A stretch of DNA of 39,791 nt from an uncultured Methanosarcinales archaeon (GCA_964604995.1 CAZSAD010000013.1:1-39791), one strand, 5' to 3'. Shown: positions 1 through 8,653, counted from the stretch's first letter. Numbers and translations: made by a program. The notes: generated by a model not told the origin, from the letters alone.

Positions 1-10
1 AATAAATAAT

Positions 11-646
11 ATGCCCTATTTAATTGCTATTTGTGGAGGAACTGGAAGTGGAAAATCGACTTTATTTAGTGGTAAAAATGGAACTGGCATATTAGGTTTG
101 GCACACCTATTTACTAAAAAAGGGTTTCCAGTTATACAAATAAGCACTGATGATTATTATAAATCCATGGGAAATCTTCCAATTTCTGAATTAAAAAAAA
201 TAAATTATGATAATCCTAACACCATAAATTCTAAATTATTTAAAGAACAATTAAAGCAAAGTAAGCCAATTGATCTTCCGCAATATAATTTCAAAACTTT
301 TGCACCAAAAAATGAAACGAAAAAAATAGTTCCCTTCGAAAATTCAATTATAGGTATTGATGGTATGTTTTCACTTTGCTACAAAGATTCAAATGAGTTA
401 TATAATCTAAAAGTTTTTTATGATGTTCCTGAAAAAGAAAGATTAAGACGTAGATTGGCAAGAGATGTTGTTGAAAGAGGAAGAACAGAAAAGCAGATTT
501 TAGAGATGTGGGAAAGAAGTGTCAAACCAATGCACGATAAATATATTGAACCTTGCAAATATATTGCAGATATTATAATCACAGATGAAAATAGAGAACA
601 AAGTTTAAATGAAATAGTAAATATTGCAATTAAAGAGATGAATTAA
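11..646 (+). CDS. udk: Uridine kinase family protein
   Basis: Walker A GGTGSGKST, DDYYK, NYDNP, RRLARDVVERGRT and KPMHDKYIEPCK motifs typical of uridine/cytidine kinase. Confidence 0.85.
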   Translation: MPYLIAICGGTGSGKSTLFSGKNGTGILGLAHLFTKKGFPVIQISTDDYYKSMGNLPISELKKINYDNPNTINSKLFKEQLKQSKPIDLPQYNFKTFAPKNETKKIVPFENSIIGIDGMFSLCYKDSNELYNLKVFYDVPEKERLRRRLARDVVERGRTEKQILEMWERSVKPMHDKYIEPCKYIADIIITDENREQSLNEIVNIAIKEMN

Positions 647-666
647 AAATTTAGATAAATAGAAGG

Positions 667-1107
667 TTATTGTTTTGTTTGTAAATAATTTTTTTTGTAT
701 GTCCAAGGATTAAAACCTGTTTTTATTAAATTTTCAATTGGTAAAAAAAGAGGTTTTGGAATTTCTTCCCAACTAATCCATTCCCAAGAATCCAATTTAT
801 TTGGCTCCAATGTTTTCGGTTCGCCCCCGTTATAATCACATACAACAAAAAGTGTAATATAATGTTTTTTTTGTTCCATAAATATATCATTAGTGAAAGG
901 TCCAGAAATTATATTTTTTATTTTAACACCACATTCTTCTAAAGTTTCCCTCTTAGCACATTTTTCAATAGATTCTCCAAATTCTAAGTGCCCACTAGGA
1001 AAAAGCCATGTTCCTTCACCATGAGAGGATTTTCTTTTCCCAATCAAAACTTTACCATCTTTTAGAATTATTACACCAACACCTATTTTAGGTCTATCTT
1101 CCTCCAT
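667..1107 (-). CDS. NUDIX hydrolase (NUDT15/MTH2-like)
   Basis: Nudix box GHLEFGESIEKCAKRETLEECG, plus KHYITLF and LFLP; ATG at 1107 preferred over the TTG in the ORF track. Confidence 0.9.
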   Translation of the reverse strand: MEEDRPKIGVGVIILKDGKVLIGKRKSSHGEGTWLFPSGHLEFGESIEKCAKRETLEECGVKIKNIISGPFTNDIFMEQKKHYITLFVVCDYNGGEPKTLEPNKLDSWEWISWEEIPKPLFLPIENLIKTGFNPWTYKKNYLQTKQ

Positions 1108-1235
1108 AATCAATTTAATTATACAAAGTTTAAATAACTTCGCAAAATTTTATTAATTAAGTTAAATATAAGATTTATTATCTAACTTAATTATTGGGTT
1201 TTATTAAAAAAATTAACAAAACTTAAGGTGATAAT

Positions 1236-1658
1236 ATGAACCAAGAAGATTGTATTTTTTGCAAAATAATTTCTGGAAAGATTTCATCAACGAAAGTTTA
1301 CGAAGATGAAAAATTTATTTCGTTTATGGATATAATGCCTGCAAATAAAGGTCATTTGCTAATTGTTCCAAAAAAACACTGTACAACATTTGCAGATTTG
1401 CCAGATGATATAATTAAAGAAATTAATATTTTAACTCAAAAAATTGCAAAAGCAATGTATACTTCATTAAAACCTGATGGGTACAATTGTTTTCATAATA
1501 ATCATCCTGCAGCAGGACAAGTTGTTCCTCACTTCCATGTACATGTAGTTCCAAGATATGATAATGATGGAATCATATTTGATTGGCCAAAAAGAAAATA
1601 TGAGAATAATGAAATGCAAGAAATATCAAAAAAAATAAAAAAATCTCTTGAGATTTAA
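1236..1658 (+). CDS. HIT family hydrolase
   Basis: DCIFCKI N-terminus and histidine triad HFHVHVVPR; AAGGTG SD upstream. Confidence 0.95.
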   Translation: MNQEDCIFCKIISGKISSTKVYEDEKFISFMDIMPANKGHLLIVPKKHCTTFADLPDDIIKEINILTQKIAKAMYTSLKPDGYNCFHNNHPAAGQVVPHFHVHVVPRYDNDGIIFDWPKRKYENNEMQEISKKIKKSLEI

Positions 1659-1689
1659 TCTCAAGATGTCTCAAATAGGTTTTAATTTT

Positions 1690-2433
1690 TTATTCAAGTT
1701 CTACAAAAAAATAATAAGGTGTAGTAGTTGGCAAATCTCCATTTGCACCAACTATTAATTCGAAATCGTATTCTCTATAGTCATAACCAAATTTATCATC
1801 TTCAAGTAGGGCAGTAAATATAACATTTCCAGTTGTGCTATTGTCAGTTAAAATTGTTTCAACAAAATTGGTGTATTGTTCAGTGTTATTAACAAACATA
1901 TATGCTGAAGAACAACCGCTAGCTGAATTAATAGTAGTTGCACCAACTCTAAATGATCCTGCAAAAGTATTGTTAAATGTTTCATTTACTCCATCTTTAT
2001 CAGTAGTTGCAATTCCCAAAGTGCTTTCTAAAATATCTAATGTTACTTGTTGATCAGTTGCACTAGCCGTCATATTAAAACATTTTATAGTTGCCCAAGA
2101 AACAGTTGAAGTATTTGAAGCATAAATTTCTCCTTGAGGTCTTGCCAAATACCAATCGAAGAGCACGTTTCCAACTGCGTCTTGAAGTGTGATGCCTCCA
2201 GTGATATTACCATAGTAACCTTGCCACCTATGCGTTGTTCTAAGATCGCTAATTATCAAAAGAGTTACATTTCCTGCTTCTGCTTGTAAATCACTTCCCG
2301 TTGAAGGATATGTTTTATATGTTGAATTCAAAGTTTGAATACTGTTTGGTCCAATTGGATTAGCAGCTGCATTATATACTGCAAGCAGTGCTATTAGCGT
2401 TGAAATCATAAAAATAAAAGTTCGAAGTTTCAT
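1690..2433 (-). CDS. Secreted beta-rich hypothetical protein (surface protein candidate)
   Basis: N-terminal signal peptide, several N-x-S/T sequons, WQGYYGNITG motif; start overlaps the stop of the upstream wHTH gene. Confidence 0.7.
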   Translation of the reverse strand: MKLRTFIFMISTLIALLAVYNAAANPIGPNSIQTLNSTYKTYPSTGSDLQAEAGNVTLLIISDLRTTHRWQGYYGNITGGITLQDAVGNVLFDWYLARPQGEIYASNTSTVSWATIKCFNMTASATDQQVTLDILESTLGIATTDKDGVNETFNNTFAGSFRVGATTINSASGCSSAYMFVNNTEQYTNFVETILTDNSTTGNVIFTALLEDDKFGYDYREYDFELIVGANGDLPTTTPYYFFVELE

Positions 2434-3101
2434 ACTAACCCCACCTCAGCTTTTGCAGAGTTTGCAAGCTTGCTACTAAGAATTAAATTTTTTCCAAGAT
2501 GTGTAATTGAATCATGTAAAAATATCAAGCTAGAAAGTTCATCAGCTTGTTTTTTCTTAAAAGACTCAGGCTTTAGACTAGTAATTTTTATACCATTAAG
2601 CGTAAGCATTGGATTTGATGCAAGTGCTAAAATTATTTTTGTCACTTCTTTACTGCCATCGGTTACAAAAGTTAGATTCAAACCCGTTGGCATTTTTGAA
2701 ATATATATTGCATCGAATTCACTAAGTTTGGGCATTGCTTGCATGTAAGCTAGTGTTAAACCTGCGTGCAAAGAGGTATTTTCTATTGACCAAATTTTAA
2801 GAATTGCTTTATGATAAGTAGTTGTAATAACTAATTTTTTTGAAGCGAACCCATTAGTCATTGTAACAATATATGCACTTTCATTAGCAAGCGAGAAAAG
2901 AATTCTTGGTTTACCTTTATCCCTATTTGATATCTTTTTTTTCTTAACAAGTCCAGCTGCTTCTAAAAGCTTAAGCGCTTGACTAACATTAGATATTGTA
3001 CTATTCATTTTTTCCGAAAGCTGGAGTGGTGAGTAATCATCTTCTGCAAGTAAAGAAAGTATATTCCACTTCTGTTCCGTGAACAAAGTTTCTAGCTCCA
3101 T
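2430..3101 (-). CDS. ArsR-like winged-helix transcriptional regulator with C-terminal extension
   Basis: KWNILSLL..SPLQLSEKMNSTISNVSQALKLLEAAGLV..GKPR wHTH; ATG at 3101 has a GAGGTG SD, so the 3182 start is unlikely. Confidence 0.8.
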   Translation of the reverse strand: MELETLFTEQKWNILSLLAEDDYSPLQLSEKMNSTISNVSQALKLLEAAGLVKKKKISNRDKGKPRILFSLANESAYIVTMTNGFASKKLVITTTYHKAILKIWSIENTSLHAGLTLAYMQAMPKLSEFDAIYISKMPTGLNLTFVTDGSKEVTKIILALASNPMLTLNGIKITSLKPESFKKKQADELSSLIFLHDSITHLGKNLILSSKLANSAKAEVGLV

Positions 3102-3454
3102 AAATTCCACCTCTAATATATCTGCCTGAATAGACCAACTGCCCCTGAAAACAGTTGATGATTTGTGTATACTGATACACAATTAACAAGTTTAAACTAC
3201 TAATAGATGCACTAATATATAAATATTTCTATTAGTAATAAAGTATTGTAGTTTTGTAGTATCTTTAGTATATTAATTCACTATTTTAGATATTATTAAA
3301 GTAGAAGCAAGTGCTAGAGAGAAAACTAAAAATAAATGCAAAAAGTTCAAAAATAGCTTAAAATCAATAAGATTTTTATAAAGCTATTTTCTCTCAAAAT
3401 ATGTTTTTATAGATAAGCTTAGATTGACCGGTTAAATTAAATTAATCAAAGTTC

Positions 3455-3513
3455 GTTGGATTGTAGCAAAGCGAAAATCCAACTTAAGTGCCGTGTCAAC
3501 CGAGGCTCCAGTT
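3455..3513 (-). repeat. Small hairpin element copy 1 (AACTGG-N3-CTCGGTTGACACG-N8-stem/TTCGCTTTGCTAC loop), abutting the tRNA-Met 5' end
   Basis: Its reverse complement shares AACTGG, the 13-mer CTCGGTTGACACG and the TCGCTTTGCT loop with 39616-39668; stem GTTGGATT(3455-3462)/AATCCAAC(3476-3483). Confidence 0.8.
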
Positions 3514-3620
3514 GCGGGTATAACTCAGCTTGGTTAGAGTGTCGGTCTCATAAATAGTCGATGAGAATCGATATAATTTGGGCAAGCCGAAAGTCCCGAG
3601 TTCAAATCTCGGTACCCGCA
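3514..3620 (+). tRNA. tRNA-Met(CAT), probably elongator, with 32-nt intron at 37/38 (3553-3584)
   Basis: Acceptor GCGGGTA/TACCCGC+A, D arm ACTC/GAGT, anticodon stem TCGGT/GCCGA, T arm CCGAG-TTCAAAT-CTCGG; BHB central helix CTCA/TGGG with TAA and CAA bulges. Ile2(CAT) not fully excluded. Confidence 0.9.
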
Positions 3621-3641
3621 TATTTATTACTTATTAGTAAC
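3611..3641 (+). repeat. Cassette boundary R1: tRNA 3' end GGTACCCGCA plus TTACTTATTAGTAAC palindrome
   Basis: Related copies at 4596-4624, 5023-5040 and 6099-6127. Confidence 0.85.
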
Positions 3642-3684
3642 AAAAAAAGATAAAGTTTATTAATAGGGTATTCTTCAATGAAGT

Positions 3685-4548
3685 ATGGATGTCAATAAAT
3701 TCCTTGTAGAACACAAAAAATTCAATGAGATAGGAATAGAAAGTATTAAACAAATTTATAATGGAAATCAGGTATTGGCAAAATCTCTTCTTCCTTCAGA
3801 AATTTTTAGCGAAGCTAATAAGGAAGTTTTTATTGAAAATACTTTAAGATACAATCCTAATCAAGTACGTCGAAACAATGCTCCTGAATTTATCCATCCC
3901 GCACTTGTAGCATTTGTAAACAAACAAGTTAATCAAACTGATGATCCCAATTACGAGGTAACTACCACTGCTTGTTTAGATCATGATTTAGGTGAAGATG
4001 TGTTTGAGTATAATAAAGAAAAATTTCAAGAGTTTGCAAATATGCAACCACCAAATTCTAAAAGGTTACAACGTATTGTTTTATTGACCAGTCCAAATTA
4101 TGAACAAATAGAAAATGATTTATCTTTTTCATTACTATTCAAAATTGAAAATGCATCATTGGATCCTTATAGATTATCTCAAAAAGTAAGTAGAATAAAT
4201 CAAATTAAGAAAAGTTATGATATTGTGACAGCAAAGACACTTATTTCTGATGTACTTGAAGTTATGTTAGATGATGAATATTTAATAACTAAGAGAAAAA
4301 ATGGGGGCATGATAGAAAAATATTGGTTTATACCAACTGCAATGTTAGCTCTAGAAGAAAATAAAGAACTAGTTCCAAATATGATTGAACCAGGCTATGA
4401 ATTGATACAATACGTAGCAAAAAAACATAATTTAAGTGTAAAAGAGATTGAATCAAAAATTTTGAAAGAATACCAAATTTTTCTAAAAAAATATGAAGAT
4501 AGATTTGATAAAATTAGTGCTAAACATATAAAGAAATTCTCAAATTGA
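3685..4548 (+). CDS. HD-domain protein, SpoT/Mesh1 (small alarmone hydrolase)-like, divergent
   Basis: QVRRNNAPEFIHPALVA resembles Q.RK.g.PYI.HP..VA; ACLDHDLGED resembles AALLHD..ED. Confidence 0.6.
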   Translation: MDVNKFLVEHKKFNEIGIESIKQIYNGNQVLAKSLLPSEIFSEANKEVFIENTLRYNPNQVRRNNAPEFIHPALVAFVNKQVNQTDDPNYEVTTTACLDHDLGEDVFEYNKEKFQEFANMQPPNSKRLQRIVLLTSPNYEQIENDLSFSLLFKIENASLDPYRLSQKVSRINQIKKSYDIVTAKTLISDVLEVMLDDEYLITKRKNGGMIEKYWFIPTAMLALEENKELVPNMIEPGYELIQYVAKKHNLSVKEIESKILKEYQIFLKKYEDRFDKISAKHIKKFSN

Positions 4549-4595
4549 AGTTTAAGATTTATTTTAGTTATGTAATATTTACTAAATCTACTTGT

Positions 4596-4624
4596 GATAC
4601 CCGCACTCTTTACTTTTTAGTAAC
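4596..4624 (+). repeat. Cassette boundary R2: GATACCCGCA plus TTACTTTTTAGTAAC
   Basis: 9/10 match to the tRNA-Met 3' end and 14/15 match to the palindrome. Confidence 0.85.
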
Positions 4625-4669
4625 AACAAAATATAAAGCTTTTTAAATCAACAATTTAGCTGATAAGAT

Positions 4670-4975
4670 ATGAAAATTAAAAAAATGGAACATGCATTAA
4701 ATCTTTATACCCAAATAGCTTGGCATTATACTTGTCTTAAAGGTAAGATGGTTGACCTAAAGAATAATGCAAGTAGAAAAGATGTTTTAAATGCAGTTAA
4801 TGCTGGTCATTTTACATTGGAAACTGTTTTGGAGAAAAATAAAAAAAATGTGGCAACTCATGGTCCACCATTGATAAAAGCTCTTTATGAACTTGGTTAT
4901 TTTGACCGGGCAGAAAAAATAGCACGTGAATATGGCTTGCCCCTTTCAATCGATGCCGAAATTGTTCAACCTTAA
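4670..4975 (+). CDS. Hypothetical protein (101 aa, cassette 2)
   Basis: Open ORF with a BRE/TATA-like AAAGCTTTTTAAAT about 25 bp upstream; no recognisable family. Confidence 0.6.
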   Translation: MKIKKMEHALNLYTQIAWHYTCLKGKMVDLKNNASRKDVLNAVNAGHFTLETVLEKNKKNVATHGPPLIKALYELGYFDRAEKIAREYGLPLSIDAEIVQP

Positions 4976-5022
4976 TAAATTATTTTTCAATTCTAGCGAA
5001 CTAATTTGTCGAATTAAGTTGT

Positions 5023-5040
5023 GGTACCCGCATATTTATT
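5023..5040 (+). repeat. Cassette boundary R3: exact 18-bp copy of the tRNA-Met 3' end and flank (att-like)
   Basis: GGTACCCGCATATTTATT identical to 3611-3628. Confidence 0.9.
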
Positions 5041-5110
5041 TTTATTAACTTTAATTTAGAATAACACTTTTTTTACAAACCTTTTTATCTATTAACAAAT
5101 ATTAAGTTTT

Positions 5111-6043
5111 ATGGATATTTTTACAATGATTCTAATTGTCTTAGGACTTGCTTTGTTCGAGATAATAATCTCTGTTGACAATGCGATAATAAACGCAGAA
5201 GTCCTTTCAACAATGTCAAAAAAGGCAAGAAGATGGTTTTTGCTTTGGGGAATACTAATTGCTGTTTTTTTAGTTAGAGGTCTTTTGCCATGGATAATAC
5301 TGTGGGTAAGCAATCCTAGCCTTGGAATGATTGGATCATTCACTGCTTCATTTAGCTCAGACCCGAAAATAGCACATACACTCGAACAATCAGCCCCAAT
5401 ATTATTAATTGGTGGGGGAGTATTTCTTGTATTCTTATTTTTTCACTGGCTTTTTATTGAGCCAAAACATTATGGACTTGTGGGCGAAAAATTTATCGGA
5501 AAACAAGGAGCTTGGTTCTTCGCAATTGCTTCAGTTCTTCTTACCCTAATAGTATGGCTCGCCATTAAAAAAAATCCACTTATGGCATTTGGAGCAGTAG
5601 TTGGTTCAACTGCATTTTTTATAACTCACGGCTTCAAGTCAAATGCAGAACAAATGGAAAAGGATATGGTAAAAAAAGGAAGTCTTACTGACCTAAGTAA
5701 AATACTTTATCTTGAAGTAATTGATCTAACTTTTTCAATTGATGGTATACTTGGTGCATTTGCATTTACATTTATGTTACCCTTAATATTAATAGGAAAT
5801 GGCATAGGTGCAATATTTGTTAGATGGCTTACAGTAAGCAATATAAAAAATGTTAAAAAATATAAGTACCTCAAAAATGGTGCAATGTATTCAATTCTTG
5901 CTCTTGGAACAACAATGATACTCCATAGCTTTGGTATAAAAGTACCCGGATGGTTCTCGCCGGTGCTCACATTTGTAATAATAGGATATTTTTTCTGGAA
6001 ATCTGTTAAAGAATTAAAATCTTCAATAATCACCAAAGCCTAA
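5111..6043 (+). CDS. TerC-like integral membrane protein (DUF475 family)
   Basis: FEIIISVDNAIINA and LEVIDLTFSIDGILGAFA motifs, YLKNGAMYSI, multiple TM segments. Confidence 0.85.
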   Translation: MDIFTMILIVLGLALFEIIISVDNAIINAEVLSTMSKKARRWFLLWGILIAVFLVRGLLPWIILWVSNPSLGMIGSFTASFSSDPKIAHTLEQSAPILLIGGGVFLVFLFFHWLFIEPKHYGLVGEKFIGKQGAWFFAIASVLLTLIVWLAIKKNPLMAFGAVVGSTAFFITHGFKSNAEQMEKDMVKKGSLTDLSKILYLEVIDLTFSIDGILGAFAFTFMLPLILIGNGIGAIFVRWLTVSNIKNVKKYKYLKNGAMYSILALGTTMILHSFGIKVPGWFSPVLTFVIIGYFFWKSVKELKSSIITKA

Positions 6044-6098
6044 TTTAAATTTAACACATTTTTTGATTATAGATAACGATTTTTACATTATTTTTTCT

Positions 6099-6127
6099 AT
6101 ATCCCCTATTCATTACTTATTAGTAAC
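6099..6127 (+). repeat. Cassette boundary R4: degenerate att (ATATCCCC-TATTCA) plus exact TTACTTATTAGTAAC
   Basis: Palindrome 6113-6127 identical to 3627-3641; followed by AACAAAATA as in R2 and by BRE/TATA GAAACATTTATAAA. Confidence 0.75.
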
Positions 6128-6172
6128 AACAAAATAGAAACATTTATAAAGGGGTAAATTAATAAAATAAGT

Positions 6173-6712
6173 ATGGTAATAAATTGGAACAAAAATTTAG
6201 AAGAAACATTAACAGAAATAAAAGGAACAACAAATGATTTACCAGTTTATATTTCTATGCAATTTACAACAAAAGATACCAAAACACTTGATACATTTAG
6301 AAACGGGTATATTGAATGTAATAAATTACAAAATAAAATTTTTGAGATGATAAATAGTATATATTGTACAACAGGTAAAAAAAGATTTGAGTACAAACCC
6401 TTACAAGAGATTCAAGAAGATGATTATTCATATGATTTAAACATGTTTTTACACGAAGCTTCTGATAATATAATAAGATATAGTGAAAATGAGATCCCAA
6501 AAGCATTTCATTTATGGACTGCAGAAAAAGGATTTGTTATTGGAGTTGAACAAGAAGGTAATGGCTTTAACGCTAAAAAGATTAATGAATCAAGAATTTG
6601 TGATGAAGATTCTAAAGGTAGAGGATTTGAATTTTTCAGGAATAGTAAACAAGAGATATTATTTGATAATCCAATTGATACAAGAATTGTTTATATGAAA
6701 TATGTAATATAG
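6173..6712 (+). CDS. GHKL/HATPase_c protein, RsbW/SpoIIAB-like, divergent
   Basis: N box LHEASDNIIRYS, G1-like EQEGNGFN, G2-like GRGFEFF. Confidence 0.6.
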   Translation: MVINWNKNLEETLTEIKGTTNDLPVYISMQFTTKDTKTLDTFRNGYIECNKLQNKIFEMINSIYCTTGKKRFEYKPLQEIQEDDYSYDLNMFLHEASDNIIRYSENEIPKAFHLWTAEKGFVIGVEQEGNGFNAKKINESRICDEDSKGRGFEFFRNSKQEILFDNPIDTRIVYMKYVI

Positions 6713-6843
6713 TTAAAATTTAAAGTAAATCTTGGTAATTTTCAAAGAAGATTTATTAAGAATGACAAAAGATATTTCTTGTTTAGACCAAGAGAGGATA
6801 GTTTTTTGAATAGACTAAAATAAATTTATTTTAAAGAATATTA

Positions 6844-7899
6844 TTAATGGCATTTCCCATCTTCTGCACAAACTCTACCCCATATGCAATCATTATTACT
6901 AGAACAAACTTCCCTATTTATAACAGCAATATTACAATAATTGGTACAACTATCTGGAATTGTTTCATCAAATCCATAATTTATAACAATTGCACCATTG
7001 GAATTCCCTGTTGAATTTATAAAAAAGGTTATAACTAGGTTTTGTTCACCAGACTTTGTTTTATCCGCATTCAAAGACAAAGGATACACTACCAAATCAG
7101 AATTAAGAGTAAAACCATTATTAAAATTATCTTGAAGGCATTGTGGTATAAAATGGTAGATGGATAAGTTAGTAAGTTCTTGTTTATATCCAATAATAAT
7201 ATTCAAATTTTTTGAGTCATTTGTTATTTGGCAACCAACTCCTTCAATTTGATATTTACTATTTTGATATAATTGCGTATAGTAATCAGATTTTAAATTT
7301 AATTGTGAAGCAATATTATCAAGCTGTGAATTGTCGGGTTCATTTGCAATCGTTGGGTTACAGCTTTGTGTTTTTCCAGTTGGTTCAAAGCCAACACCTA
7401 AAACCATCCCTATTAAATTCATAGAAAAAGTATTGTCATTACCATTAACACAATAATAAGTGGGATATTGACTAGCAATTCTTCCTGCATAAAAACTCCC
7501 TACAAATCCATCATTCCCATATAAAAAAACATTATTTTTGCCACCTGTACCTACTGAATTTGAAATTTCTGGATAATCAGTAAACATTTCAGGTAAAGCA
7601 TTATTAGAATCAATAAAAAACATCCTTTTGGTATTACAAACACTTTTTGTAATTAATGCATCAGTATTTCCAGGTTTACCCGATAATACTTCAACAGAAC
7701 CTGTAATTTCTTTTTGCATTTTTAAAATACCAGTTTCACAATCTTGTTTTATTAATTTAAAAATTGAGCTTGTGCCAAATGCAAGCAAACCAACTAGAAT
7801 TATAACAACTAAAGCATATAATAATACACTTTCATTTAATTGCGCTTTTGTAGTTGATTTGCAATTAAAGTTTGTAAAAAAAGCATTTTGTTTATTCAT
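6844..7899 (-). CDS. Class III signal peptide (pilin-like) surface protein, Cys-rich C-terminus
   Basis: KAQ cleavage-like motif followed by a hydrophobic stretch; C-terminal CSSNNDCIWGRVC..GKC. Confidence 0.6.
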   Translation of the reverse strand: MNKQNAFFTNFNCKSTTKAQLNESVLLYALVVIILVGLLAFGTSSIFKLIKQDCETGILKMQKEITGSVEVLSGKPGNTDALITKSVCNTKRMFFIDSNNALPEMFTDYPEISNSVGTGGKNNVFLYGNDGFVGSFYAGRIASQYPTYYCVNGNDNTFSMNLIGMVLGVGFEPTGKTQSCNPTIANEPDNSQLDNIASQLNLKSDYYTQLYQNSKYQIEGVGCQITNDSKNLNIIIGYKQELTNLSIYHFIPQCLQDNFNNGFTLNSDLVVYPLSLNADKTKSGEQNLVITFFINSTGNSNGAIVINYGFDETIPDSCTNYCNIAVINREVCSSNNDCIWGRVCAEDGKCH

Positions 7900-8077
7900 C
7901 AGCAAATATAAAAATTAGCCATATTTATGTTTTATGTAATTTTAAGGTAATCTTTTAGTATCTTGTAAATTTATCCTATAAATTTTGACATGTTGTTCAA
8001 ATATTCTACATATTATAGGTACTTATTAGAACTGTTGAATCGGAAAATATATAAACAGATTTCAAAATCTAAAGGTT

Positions 8078-8653
8078 ATGGATATTTCAATGTTTAGTTT
8101 AGCTTTAGTTTTTCAGATTTTTGTACTTTTAAATCCATTATCCTCATTTCCCATTTTAATGGCTGCACATAAGAAAAAAATGAATGTTAGAAATATTGCA
8201 ATAAAGGCAGTTTTAACTGCATTTATTGTTGCAGTTTTAATGGCATTAATCGGCCCATCTCTCTTTAAAGTATTTGGTGTCACACTTGATTCATTTAGAG
8301 TTGCTGGTGGGATTGTGCTTTTGATATTAGGTATCAATACAATTAAACCAAAAAAAAGAGATGACCACATAACAACAATAGATAGTATAACTTCAATTAT
8401 TGCAACACCAATGCTAACTGGACCAGCTACAATATCATTTATTACAATTAAAACTTATGAACTTGGTTTTATGAATGTATTATTCAATATCATTGGTGCA
8501 TTTGTTTTAGTAGGCATACTTTTTATCTTATTTGGTTTTGCAGTTGAAAAAATACCAGCTAAAATTGTGGATATTGCATCAAGAATTTTAGGCCTTTTCT
8601 TAATTGCAGTTTCAATTGAAATGATTGCCCATGGAATAAAAGGTTTAATTTAA
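8078..8653 (+). CDS. MarC family membrane protein
   Basis: LLNPLSS, SFRVAGGIVL, ATPMLTGPATI and RILGLFL motifs. Confidence 0.9.
   Translation: MDISMFSLALVFQIFVLLNPLSSFPILMAAHKKKMNVRNIAIKAVLTAFIVAVLMALIGPSLFKVFGVTLDSFRVAGGIVLLILGINTIKPKKRDDHITTIDSITSIIATPMLTGPATISFITIKTYELGFMNVLFNIIGAFVLVGILFILFGFAVEKIPAKIVDIASRILGLFLIAVSIEMIAHGIKGLI

Noticed and set aside
3455..3620. tRNA-Met leader as partner arm for a split tRNA with the Gln 5' fragment
   Set aside because: What follows the leader is a complete tRNA-Met, not a 3' half, and complementarity to the 39.6 kb copy is interrupted
3611..6127. Repeats considered as a CRISPR array
   Set aside because: Intervals are 0.4-1.1 kb and contain genes; repeats derive from the tRNA end; no cas genes present
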